This document shows, piece by piece, positions 27,516 to 39,916 of a stretch of DNA of 64,000 nucleotides. The stretch is from positions 266,662,001-266,726,000 of the forward strand of contig OZ024743.1 in the NCBI GenBank assembly GCA_964016885.1, in the 5' to 3' direction. Origin of the DNA: Eledone cirrhosa. Its lineage: Eukaryota. Position 1 is the first letter of the stretch; each line of letters starts with the position of its first letter. Under the pieces are notes generated by a model. The model did no database searches. It worked only from the letters and a program-made list of their open reading frames with translations, and had not been told where the DNA came from. The position numbers and the translations under genes were made by a program.

Positions 27516-27805
27516 TTAACTTTCGGAAAATCTCCTTCTACATATATTACCACTTATCCTCCCTCTCAATATATCACATCCCAGCGGCTTTCATTGACTG
27601 TTTTCCCAGATAAATTGTAGTATCATACATTTTAAAATCTCTATAACTGTTACATTTTTCCTACTCACACATTCTCTATTGAATTTATTACGTTTTCGCA
27701 TTTTCTCATTATTAGGGTATAAATGTTAAACTTTCTCTTAGGTTAATCACTACCTTAATTAAATCTTAACCATTTAACACCTCAGGGTATGTCATGTATC
27801 ATTAT

Positions 27806-27858
27806 ATTTTGTCTGATGAGGACGTACTGTTGTACATCCGAAATTTGTATAATAAAAT
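27806..27858 (+). ncRNA. Type I hammerhead ribozyme in PLE tail (mirror copy 25179-25231, minus strand, C3>U)
   Basis: attttgt-CTGATGA-ggacgtac tgtt gtacatcc-GAAA-tttgta-TA-ataaaat. Confidence 0.75.
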
Positions 27859-27898
27859 GTAATTGATCAAAATAACATCTATTTTAGTAATATTTGTA

Positions 27899-27946
<48 letters not shown>

Positions 27947-27957
27947 CATATATATAT

Positions 27958-28147
27958 ATAGGAAAAAGTATGACCCCGACGGCAGAGCTCAACCCGTTTC
28001 GACGGCTATTTCTGGAAATAGCCGTCGAAACGGCTTGAGCTCTGCCGTCGGGGTCATTCTTTTTCCTATTTCCCACTCTACTACCCTAAGTATTGAGTAC
28101 TCTGGTGCGTTATGGTCCATTAGGTTCCTTACCACAATTCCTTTTTC
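27958..28147. mobile_element. TA-embedded fold-back remnant (~55-bp arms 27958-28069) of a dispersed family
   Basis: Near-perfect hairpin around tttctggaaa; relatives at 125-171, 5484-5575, 23222-23253, 57964-58146. Confidence 0.75.
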
Positions 28148-28163
28148 TATATATATATATATA

Positions 28164-28590
28164 TTAGAAAATAGAATAGTTTTCACGGTATTTTTGACTA
28201 AAGAAATTTTAGTCTGATAATGGGGTTTAGAACCCTCAGATAAATAGAAAAAGATGAGTATTGACGTACATGGGAGTCGAACCCACATCTTTGGTTATCC
28301 ACACCACTGTGCTACCATTACACCAACACATCACCCATCTCCTTCCATTCAAATTAGAAGCTACATTCTTAGCGAGTATAAATTACAAGTAAGTATGTTT
28401 TGAAACAGTGAGCAGGTTTGAAATTAGAAAATAGAATAGCTTTCATCGTATTTTTTACTAAAGAAATTTTAGTCTGATAATGGGGTTTAGAACCTTCAGA
28501 TAAATGGAAAAAGATGAGTATTGACGTACATGGGAGTCGAACCCACTTCTTTAATTACCCAGACCCTGTGCTACCATTACACCAACACTT
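28164..28590. repeat. 260-bp-period tandem unit containing a minus-strand tRNA-like segment
   Basis: ttagaaaatagaatag at 28164 and 28424; minus strand ttggtgtaatggtagcac...gtgggttcgactcccat has A and B boxes but no intact acceptor stem. Confidence 0.75.
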
Positions 28591-28594
28591 CGGA

Positions 28595-28960
28595 TTAAGC
28601 ATACAGTGTATTGCAAAATACACTATATTTACATTCATATATATATATATCGCTATTTCACAGCACCAATTCTAATTTTCAATTTCTGCTTGACCGGCAA
28701 CCGTTCTGTATAATCAGTTCCTGATTATTACTAGAATTCTATAAGAATCAAATATTCATGATTTTCAGCAAACAGGTGGAGTACTTAGCTTTGATAAGTA
28801 CCAAATAGTACGAAACAGAGCTCTGTCAGCTTTATCTCCCTCTGTTTGCTGAAAATTTAAAGTAAGTGAGACTGTAACTACTCTAAAACAATAGCGTAAG
28901 GTCTTCAAAATGCTTTTAATTAAGCATACAGTGTATTGTAAAACACTATATTTACATTTA
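28595..28960 (+). mobile_element. ~325-bp HHR-bearing monomer with terminal redundancy (family of 2490-2936)
   Basis: ttaagcatacagtgtattg at 28595 and 28920; HHR-like TTGATAA-gtac caaata gtac-GAAAC at 28791-28816. Confidence 0.7.
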
Positions 28961-29081
28961 TATATATATATATTTAAGTATTGAAATTTCCGTTGGAAAC
29001 AGAAAAGGTCATAGAAATGAAGAGTGCTCTATGTAAGTATCAGAGCAAAATTTAATGTATAAAAATCAATACAATATAATT

Positions 29082-29153
29082 ACCTCATTACCAGAGGTTT
29101 CCCGAATGAGGCGAATACGAAATAAACGCCTTCATTCGTTCGTCAGACGAGGC
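29082..29153 (-). ncRNA. Type I hammerhead ribozyme
   Basis: Minus: gcctcgt-CTGACGA-acgaatgaaggcg..cgcctcattcgg-GAAA-cc tct gg-TA-atgaggt; first helix II pair mismatched. Confidence 0.75.
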
Positions 29154-29894
29154 AATATAAAACATGGGTAAATACTTAGAAAAACTCATCAAGAAAATCC
29201 AAAAAAGATATAGACAAATGAAATAGAAATTGAAATATATAAAAATCTATCAAGAAATATAGTTAGGTGTGTGTATATGTATGTATATACGCTCACAGAT
29301 GTGCATATATGTATATGCACACATGTATACGTATAGTGAGAAAGTGTGCGTAATTCTAAAATTAAGGGCAAATGTATCTGAATGTCTGTAATACACGAAC
29401 AGAATAGTTACATCATAAATATATGAATATGAAGGCGCGCGCATAAAACGCCTGCTCACTCGTACACTTAGATGCGGAAGTAAAAGAGGTAAGGGAGTGT
29501 AATAATTAAAGGAAAAGTATCAATCTCGATATATTTATAAAAATGTAACAATAAATTAGAAAGAAAAAATATTTTTAGAAAGAAAAAATTAAAGAAAAGA
29601 AGACAAAAAGAGGGTACATACATACACAGACACGCATGTCTCACAAAAGAAATGCAAAAATATATATGCTTATATACACACGCGCAGTTACACATCCATA
29701 CGTTCGATACGTACATACACACACACACACATACTTACACTCACGCATATGAACCTGTTTGCATGCACACGCATAAAACTGAGTAAGTAAAAAAAGGAAA
29801 GGGGGGGGGGAGAAGAAAAAAGGAACAAAACATAAAACCGAGATGTCAAAAACACGGATATAAAGACACATACACATACGCATAATATATACAT

Positions 29895-29954
<60 letters not shown>

Positions 29955-30107
29955 GTATATACATACACGCACGCGCGCGCACATACGTAGTTACTCATGT
30001 ACATATATAAAAGTATACACACAATAAGGCGTTCAGCCATATTGATACAGGGTGTAAAAAACTTGTGGATAAATAAGTACAAATATAAAATTGTAAGATA
30101 GGCTGCG

Positions 30108-30472
30108 CAAAAATAAAAATAAAAATAAAAATAAAAATAAAAATAAAAATAAAAATAAAAATAAAAATAAAAATAAAAATAAAAATAAAAATAAAAATAA
30201 AAATAAAAATAAAAATAAAAATAAAAATAAAAATAAAAATAAAAATAAAAATAAAAATAAAAATAAAAATAAAAATAAAAATAAAAATAAAAATAAAAAT
30301 AAAAATAAAAATAAAAATAAAAATAAAAATAAAAATAAAAATAAAAATAAAAATAAAAATAAAAATAAAAATAAAAATAAAAATAAAAATAAAAATAAAA
30401 ATAAAAATAAAAATAAAAATAAAAATAAAAATAAAAATAAAAATAAAAATAAAAATAAAAATAAAAATAAAA
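30108..30472. repeat. (AAAAAT)n hexamer, ~60 perfect copies
   Basis: Uninterrupted run of ~365 bp. Confidence 0.98.
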
Positions 30473-31061
30473 GACAAGTGTAATCAGTTAGTGGAGGAAA
30501 AAGGGGAGTAAAAGAAGGGGAAGTAAAAAATGGAAAGTGAATCGGCGGAGAATAAAGGGGGGGGTGGATGTGAAGTAAAAATAAAAATAAAAATAAAAAT
30601 AAATGAAATTATTGACAAGGATAAAAATGAAAGTAAGTCAGAAAGGGTAATTAAAAAGAGAATAATAAGAGTTTATCTGAAAGTGTGTTAAGTTTATATG
30701 AGCTGGAAAGCAGGTGTGATTTCATGTGTGGGCAACTGGTGAAAATTTCCGTCTTTGTGTTCAGGCAAGTCTTTGGTGATTTTAGATTTTGCAATATCCA
30801 ATATTTTTCATTTATGCAGAGCGTGCATTTTCTTGTTCCTCTAGCATATTTTTTAGATTGGTTCAAAATTGACCAATCTAATTTATATTGGATGCCTTGG
30901 TCTTTCAAATCCCAAATTCTGCTAGCCAGAGCTGTTGTAAATCTTTTTTCTGGATGTCGAAAGGATGCGACATGTGAGTGTGTGTGTGTGTGTGTGTGTT
31001 TTAATGTTAGGTAATTCCGAAGGAAAAGCAAAGGGAAAAGGAGTGCTCAATGTATAGAACA

Positions 31062-31107
<46 letters not shown>

Positions 31108-31160
31108 TGAAACAAAATGAAAACGAAATTTCATTTCTCACTCTTAGTATGGCACTTACT

Positions 31161-31493
31161 TAAATGTAAGTATGCATGTATACGTACATACATATATGTA
31201 TACAGACGTACAGTAGCATGCACATATATATATATATATACATATATATATACATATGCATACAGGTACACATACATATATGCACGTATCAGTTTAGCGG
31301 CGCTACATTCAGGCTGTTCAGTTTGTTTACAAACGAACAAAGCGACGTTAGCGCCGCTAAACTGATACGTGCATATATGTATGTGTACCTGTATGCATAT
31401 GTATATATATATGTATATATATATATATATGTGCATGCTACTGTACGTCTGTATACATATATGTATGTACGTTTACATGCATACTTACATTTA
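31161..31493. mobile_element. Fold-back/MITE-like element with 145-bp inverted arms
   Basis: 31161-31305 vs 31349-31493 near-perfect reverse complement; 43-bp spacer. Confidence 0.75.
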
Positions 31494-31716
31494 TATATAT
31501 ATATATATATATATACAAATTTTAGTACAGCATTAACGAAGCTTTAGTTTGCGACAAAGCTACCGAATGGAAATTGGGTATGTAGCTTTAGCACTCGAAT
31601 GGGAATAGTACTCCAGAGTAATAACAATACGTTTAGACAGCTTAGCAAATCAAATATAGCGATCGGCAGTCCAGCTGCATTACCACAGCAACCTCACTCT
31701 TAATACGGATGATACT

Positions 31717-32130
31717 TAAATGTAACTATGTATACGTACATACATATATGTATACAGACGTACAGTAGTATGCATATACATAAATACATGCACACATATA
31801 TATATGTACGTTTGGGTTTACCGAACATTTACTATAATGCTCGGTTTGTTTGTAAACAAACAGCTCGAATTAAGTCATACAGTGTTCGGCAACCATCGTT
31901 TCCCTTTTGTTCAACACTGACAAATGAACGATGAACTAGTTTCTAGCTTATTAACTGTCATCAGCACCGTATACCTTCCTGTCAGTCTATTGAACATTTG
32001 AAAGTATATACTTTCCTTATGCATATTAACGGCTGAGCAGCCTAATTTGCATATCGAGTGAGTTAGTGGTATGTATATACATACTACTGTACGTCTGTAT
32101 ACATAGATGTATGTACGTATACATACTTAC
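31717..32130. mobile_element. Longer relative of the 31161 fold-back element
   Basis: Same tatacgtacatacatatatgtatacagacgtacagtag termini in inverted orientation; shared internal gtttgttt..aaac.aaca motif. Confidence 0.7.
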
Positions 32131-32830
32131 ACACACACTCACACACCCACACACATACACACACGCCCACACACAAACGCACGTACACTCACACACACAC
32201 ACATATATATGTGTGTGGGGTGTATAAAGGTAAAGACCTCTTCGGTCAAGAACGCCTCTGACATTTTCCCCTCCGAGGCACAAGTCCGGGCAAGACTGTT
32301 TGTGTAAGAGAATAGTTACACTCTACACTCTCTCCACGCGACCGATATCCAAGGAAAGCAACGACCGATGCAGCTTGACATCAGTGACATGACAAAAGTT
32401 TTCCACAGCTGCGTAAACTGGAGCAACTTGGAATAAAGTGTCTTGCACGAGAATACAACGCATCACCCGGTCCGAGATTCGAACTCACAATTTCACGATT
32501 TCCAGCCCAAAGTTCTAACCACTAAATGATGCGCCTTCACCCCCTCCCCCTACATATATATATATATACACATAATATGTAGATCCCGGAAACGTAACCA
32601 CAGGTCAAAAAGGTACTCGAAACATTAGTAGTGTGTAAACATTTTTATTTTATATAGAAATGACTTCTACAGGACTAGCACTGTCTCGTTCGTATGAAAT
32701 CATCAGGAATGTCATATAAAATGGTTAGTGATTGATATATATATAAAAAGTTTCTTAGTAGTTGAGACTGGTAATGTGGGGCACAATTCAAAGGAGCAAA
32801 TTTCTAGTAATGTAATTGAGGGTAATATCT

Positions 32831-32908
<78 letters not shown>

Positions 32909-34990
32909 TTCAAAATATTAACAAAATAGATATTCTTGTGAAAAAGTATATTTTATTATATATATTTCAGAGGTACTGAGTTAACTTCCACAGTACGTCC
33001 TCATCAGATAAAATAAGATGATGCATGACATACCCTGACATAGTAGATGGTTAAGATTCAGTCATGGTAGTGAGTATTATATGACAAAACTCAATATTTA
33101 TATATCTTAATATTGAGAACATGAGAAAAATATATAATACATATAATAGAGAGGGTGCGTATGAGACAGCTTAAAAAATACTTGGCATCAATATAACTGT
33201 TAAATAATTTAAATTACCGAAGAAAGATGAAAGAAAAGAAAAGCCTAGAGAAAGAAACAGATGAGGGCATAATATACTTAGTAGGGGCCTAGAAAAACAA
33301 AGGAGAGTTGATTACAGAGAGAGATATAAAGAGGAATAACTTATGTTCAAGTCTTTAGACAATTATCCATATATACAATATATATCTAAACATATCTGGT
33401 TGACCGTTAATATTCAAAATATTTAATTTAAGTTAGTTCAGAGTAATGAATAATACTTTAGGTTTTAAAAGTTAATAAGTATCTGTATTAATATTAAAGT
33501 ATACTATCAAATTTAATTTCTAAAATCAAATTTTATGAAATCAAATTTAAAGGATTTACAAACACGAGAAAACATAATGTTTTTACAACCTCACGAAGGT
33601 AAACTTTACCAAATTTATTATATAATATTGACAATAATTTATATAATATAATTTAGAAAATAATTACAGTTATAATTTTTAAAGAATTTATGATTAACAA
33701 TTTGAGTGCCTAAAGGATCAACAAACCTTATAATTAAAGTTTAAAAGGTCTAAATTTTAAATTATATATATGCGTTTATAAAAAAAAATACACAAAGATT
33801 ATATTGTCTTAAGATGATACCTTTCAAATATACATAACATAATACAATATAGTAAATAAGTTACTGAAAATATTGTTAAAAATTAATGTTTAGATCAATT
33901 ATTGTAATAGGATCATTTAATATATATATACTATAAATATATAAGTCAAAACTTCATGAGTCCTAAGGATAAGGACAAGATACAAAATAAAAAGTGAAAA
34001 AATAATTAATTGTTTGCGAAACATAAAAATGCCCAATATTAAAAAATAGAGTTTAAAATGCAAGAGGGTTTATTATATAGTAGACAAAAGATACTTCTAA
34101 AATGTCCACGAATTTGATAGAAAGAGGAGCTAAGGATTTGAATGACCCGAAGGTAATCTAAAATTAATTAAAATAAAATAAATTAAATTAAATTAAGTAA
34201 TAATCATTATATAATTTCGAACATTAAGGAAATATCTAACACTGATAACATTAGAGTGTCATTTGAATATCTAAATTACTTATAAATGTAACTACGACCA
34301 TGTTATTATACTAGATAAACATATTTGTTCAAATATATAGAGAGAGTATTATAGGTATTAGCGAAACGATATATATATAATAAATAAATAATTACAATCA
34401 TTATTAGTAATTTTATAATTGTAGTTTTACCTCCAGTTCAGTGGAAAGAGAAACCAATATTTGTTGACTAGTATGGTTTGTGATATTTATACCTAAATAT
34501 ATATATAAAATATATATGTGCAAATCTAACTTTCTGTGTCCCAAAACATACCCAAAATGAGTAAAATATATAAATGCAGGAATGATTTACGGTTCAATTA
34601 CAACCGGTAATCTTACAAGTTATATATCCAAATTATATATTTAAAACAAAGACAAATATATATAAGGATCCGAATCTAAATTATAAATATGTAAAATAAT
34701 CCAAAGGTGTGCATATTCATCAAGAGAACAAGTTAACAAATAATATGTTTATATACCTAAGCAGAACCCTTCATTCTAACATTAATTCTATCATAAATGA
34801 TTAGAAAATAAAGTATTATTAAAGTTTTATAAACTGTTATAACGTTTTAGGTACAACAGTTGATAAGAGACGTCAAAAAATTAAAACCTGTTTGTTTAGT
34901 GTTTTTTCCTGACTTTTTGCGAGGCTTGGAATGTAAACAAAGCTTTATGAAGGCAGTTTGATAATAATTCACTTTTTTGTTAATTAATTT
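32130..34990 (-). repeat. Left arm of ~2.85-kb inverted repeat
   Basis: Colinear reverse complement of 37783-40616, including PLE tail, TA tracts and a SINE. Confidence 0.93.
32255..32540 (-). mobile_element. SINE, second family (mirror copy at 40207-40490)
   Basis: gagattcgaactcac B box reverse complement and core shared with 8920-9170. Confidence 0.75.
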
Positions 34991-35520
34991 AATTTATTTT
35001 ATTTTAATTAATTTTAGATTACCTTCGGGTCATTCGAATCCTTAGCTCCTCTTTGTATCAACTTCGTGGACATTTTAGAAGTATCTTTTTTCTACTATAT
35101 AATAAAACCCTCTTGCATTTTAAACTCTATTTTTTAATATTGGGCATTTTTATGTTTCGCAAACAATTCATTATTTTTTCACTTTTTATTTTGTATCTAG
35201 TCCATATCCTTAGGACTCATGAAGTTTTGACTTATATATTTATAGTACATATCTATTAAGTGATCCTATTACAATAATTGATCTAAAACATTAATTTTTA
35301 ACAATATTTTCAGTAATCTAAAATTAATTAAAATAAAATAAATTAAATTAAATTAAGTAATAATCATTATATAATTTCGAACATTAAGGAAATATCTAAC
35401 ACTTATAACAATAGAGTAATTTGAGTATCTAAATTTCTTATAAATGTAACTACGAGCATGTTATTATACTAGATAAACATATTTGTTCAAATATATAGAG
35501 AGAGTATTATAGGTATTAGT

Positions 35521-35636
35521 ATGGATTAGTATAAATCCCGCCGAGGTTAACTTTGCCTTTCATCCTTACGGGGGCGATAAAATAAAGTACCTGTAATACA
35601 CTGGTAATTGCTGGCCTTGTGCCTAACGTAGAAACA
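35521..35636 (+). mobile_element. Truncated SINE with 15-bp TSD
   Basis: attataggtattagt at 35506-35520 and 35637-35651; empty site present in paralogous segments near 34347 and 38412. Confidence 0.92.
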
Positions 35637-35698
35637 ATTATAGGTATTAGTGAAACGATATACATATAATAAATAAATAATTACAATCATTATTAGTA

Positions 35699-37875
35699 AT
35701 GTTATCTCTCAAGGATATACCTATACCATCTAATGAACAATACATGAGGAAACTTATAGAACAAAAAAACTCTTTTATAAGAAGAGTGAGATGGCGCGCA
35801 TTTCATTTCGAAAACAGCAATGATTTCGATACTATCTTTAAATCCAGAAAGAATCCTCCATACAACAAACTCCTGGAGGATTTTGAAACTGAAATGATCA
35901 ATATACTTAAGAAAATTAAATTCAGGAAAAACCCATATATATGTCACCAATACCTTAGAACTTTAAAAGAAAAAATCTCGGATCTAAAAAAAGTTAATAA
36001 AATAATGGTGAAATCTGACAAAACAAATAATTTATATGGGATAAATAAAGAAGAATATAATGATTTTAAAAGAACTAAGGAAACATTATAAAAAAGCCCC
36101 GGCCGAAGATCTTACAGACATCAATAATGATGCATATAAATTAATTGCAAAATTAGGAATTGAAGGAAGAACCGAGCCTCTCATTCATTCTAAAGATCAC
36201 AAAAGAAACTTTGGGAAGTTAGACTGATTGCTCAATCTAAATCGATATTGGAGTAATCAGTAAGAATATTATTCATATAATTATACCTATTTTGAAATTG
36301 AGGTCTAAATTGAGCTTGTGGAAGGACACCAATGAAGTGATTGATTGGTATAAAAATATAGATGATAGGAATAACCATAAATCCATCCAAATGGACATAA
36401 CAAGCTATTACTCTTCCATTACGCCTAAACCTACTAAATAAGGCTTTATCCTACGCTTACAAACATACAGATCTAACTACGGATGAAATCGATATCATAT
36501 TAACTGCTAGAAGACCTCTAATTAATTTCAACAATGAGTATTGGACCCGCTCAGATAGAAATAGAAACTTTGACATTACCATGGGATCATCGGACTCAGC
36601 GCAAGTCACGGATCTTCTGGGGATTTTCATCTTAAATATGGTAAATAGATAACTACCGGAGATTACCGGTAGTTTATATAGGGACGATATTTTATTTACG
36701 GTTGTCAAACACAGCAATACAGAATTAAATAGGGTTAACAAAAATATAATTGAATTCTTTAAAAATTACGACCTTAAATTAGAGGTTGAACGTGGTACCA
36801 AAATAGTTAATTTCCTTGATGTTACCCTTAACTTAAACTCTGGTATTTATTACCATTTCCATAAGCCCAATGAAAACTTAAATTACGTTAGTTATTACTC
36901 TAATCACCCTAAATCTGTGAAAAATGCAATTGTCAATAGTGTACAGAAAGCATAACAAGAATATCTGCTAATAAATCAATATTTCATGAAAAAGCAGGAT
37001 ATTACAATGATGCGCTAAGAAAGGCAGGTTATAATAATAATATAGCATATATAGACAATAATAATTCGAATCTTAATCCTGATGAAAATAATAATAATAT
37101 GACTGGCTTGTATAAACGAAATTCTAAAAAAAAAATTATAATTCAAACACCTTTACTGTGAATAAATCGGAGAAAAAAACAGAACTAAATCAGTTATATG
37201 CTTTGCCCCCCTCTTCTGTAGCAGTAAAAGCACCACTAGCTAATCTATTCTTTAAGGCTTTACATAATTCCTTCCCTAGTCAACATAAATACCGTTCCAT
37301 ATTTAATAGACACGCAATTAACCTTTCTTATTCTATAACTATGAATATGGCCCAAAACATCGCTAAACTAAATAGTAGAATTCTAAACCAAAATCAGAAT
37401 AATAGTGTTAATAATAGTGTCAATATAAATAATAATAAATCGAAATGTAATTGTAGAAATAAACCAGATTGCCTCTGCAAAATAATTGTCTGAATAGAAA
37501 TTTGGTGTATAAATGCACTGTAAAAGCAAATAACATCACATAGGGGCAACTTCTTCGACATTTAAATCGAGATTTGCGAATCACAAATGCTCGTTTTCGA
37601 ATCCTAATAGGAAGTCTTCGACTTCTTTCTCATAACTTATATGGTCATTAAAAGACAAAAATTTTAAATACTCGATTTTTTGGACGAAGCTTTGTAATAG
37701 TAGAATCTACTCGAATTCGTCTATATCAACTAACTGCAACCTCTGTACTAAGGAGACCCTATTAATAATTACTAATTATGAAAATTAATTAACAAAAAAG
37801 TGAATTATTATCAAACTGCCTTCATAAAGCTTTGTTTACATTCCAAGCCTCGCAAAAAGTCAGGAAAAAACACTA
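35699..37875 (+). pseudogene. Penelope/Poseidon-type RT + GIY-YIG polyprotein, disrupted
   Basis: SLKDIPIPS..FIRRVRWRAFHF, VKSDKTNNLY, TMGSSDSAQVTDLLG, LYRDD (~36674-36688), NFLDVTL, CNCRNK.DC..VYKCTV, GATSSTFKSRFANH; several stops and frameshifts. Confidence 0.93.
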
Positions 37876-39864
37876 AACAAACAGGTTTTAATTTTTTGAC
37901 GTCTCTTATCAACTGTTGTACCTAAAACGTTATAACAGTTTATAAAACTTTAATAATACTTTATTTTCTAATCATTTATGATAGAATTAATGTTAGAATG
38001 AAGGGTTCTGCTTAGGTATATAAACATATTATTTGTTAACTTGTTCTCTTGATGAATATGCACACCTTTGGATTATTTTACATATTTATAATTTAGATTC
38101 GGATCCTTATATATATTTGTCTTTGTTTGAAATACATAATTTGGATATATAACTTGTAAGATTACCGGTTGTAATTGAACCGTAAATCATTCCTGCATTT
38201 ATATATTTTACTCATTTTGGGTATGTTTTGGGACACAGAAAGTTAGATTTGCACATATATATTTTATATATATATTTAGGTATAAATATCACAAACCATA
38301 CTAGTCAACAAATATTGGTTTCTCTTTCCACTGAACTGGAGGTAAAACTACAATTATAAAATTACTAATAATGATTGTAATTATTTATTTATTACATATA
38401 TATCGTTTCGCTAATACCTATAATACTCTCTCTATATATTTGAACAAATATGTTTATCTAGTATAATAACATGGTCGTAGTTACATTTATAAGTAATTTA
38501 GATATTCAAATGACACTCTAATGTTATCAGTGTTAGATATTTCCTTAATGTTCGAAATTATATAATGATTATTACTTAATTTAATTTAATTTATTTTATT
38601 TTAATTAATTTTAGATTACCTTCGGGTCATTCAAATCCTTAGCTCCTCTTTCTATCAAATTCGTGGACATTTTAGAAGTATCTTTTGTCTACTATATAAT
38701 AAAACCCTCTTGCATTTTAAACTCTATTTTTTAATATTGGGCATTTTTATGTTTCGCAAACAATTAATTATTTTTTCACTTTTTATTTTGTATCTTGTCC
38801 TTATCCTTAGGACTCATGAAGTTTTGACTTATATATTTATAGTATATATATATTAAATGATCCTATTACAATAATTGATCTAAACATTAATTTTTAACAA
38901 TATTTTCAGTAACTTATTTACTATATTGTATTATGTTATGTATATTTGAAAGGTATCATCTTAAGACAATATAATCTTTGTGTATTTTTTTTTATAAACG
39001 CATATATATAATTTAAAATTTAGACCTTTTAAACTTTAATTATAAGGTTTGTTGATCCTTTAGGCACTCAAATTGTTAATCATAAATTCTTTAAAAATTA
39101 TAACTGTAATTATTTTCTAAATTATATTATATAAATTATTGTCAATATTATATAATAAATTTGGTAAAGTTTACCTTCGTGAGGTTGTAAAAACATTATG
39201 TTTTCTCGTGTTTGTAAATCCTTTAAATTTGATTTCATAAAATTTGATTTTAGAAATTAAATTTGATAGTATACTTTAATATTAATACAGATACTTATTA
39301 ACTTTTAAAACCTAAAGTATTATTCATTACTCTGAACTAACTTAAATTAAATATTTTGAATATTAACGGTCAACCAGATATGTTTAGATATATATTGTAT
39401 ATATGGATAATTGTCTAAAGACTTGAACATAAGTTATTCCTCTTTATATCTCTCTCTGTAATCAACTCTCCTTTGTTTTTCTAGGCCCCTACTAAGTATA
39501 TTATGCCCTCATCTGTTTCTTTCTCTAGGCTTTTCTTTTCTTTCATCTTTCTTCGGTAATTTAAATTATTTAACAGTTATATTGATGCCAAGTATTTTTT
39601 AAGCTGTCTCATACGCACCCTCTCTATTATATGTATTATATATTTTTCTCATGTTCTCAATATTAAGGTATATAAATATTGAGTTTTGTCATATAATACT
39701 CACTACCATGACTGAATCTTAACCATCTACTATGTCAGGGTATATCATGCATCATCTTATTTTATCTGATGAGGACGTACTGTGGAAGTTAACTCAGTAC
39801 TTCTGAAATATATATAATAAAATATACTTTTTCACAAGAATATCTATTTTGTTAATATTTTGAA

Positions 39865-39916
<52 letters not shown>

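Larger units (their letters stand above)
25035..27906 (-). mobile_element. 5'-truncated Penelope/Poseidon-type element with inverted 3'-tail copy
   Basis: 25129-25526 is the reverse complement of 27520-27906; GIY-YIG remnant at 26920-27515; (TA)n on both sides; internal direct duplication ~25699-26045 / 26272-26538. Confidence 0.88.
28975..30973 (-). mobile_element. 5'-truncated PLE: endonuclease C-terminus, microsatellite-rich 3' region, terminal HHR
   Basis: 30651-30973 translates HVASFRH..TALASRIWDLKD..WSIL..KCTLCINEKYWIL..CLNTKTEIFTSCPH; HHR on the same strand ~1.5 kb downstream before a TA tract; continuity between the two is inferred. Confidence 0.75.

Noticed and set aside
28270-28326. 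tRNA gene on the minus strand (also 28530-28586)
   Set aside because: A/B boxes are present but acceptor and anticodon stems are not formed; part of a repeat
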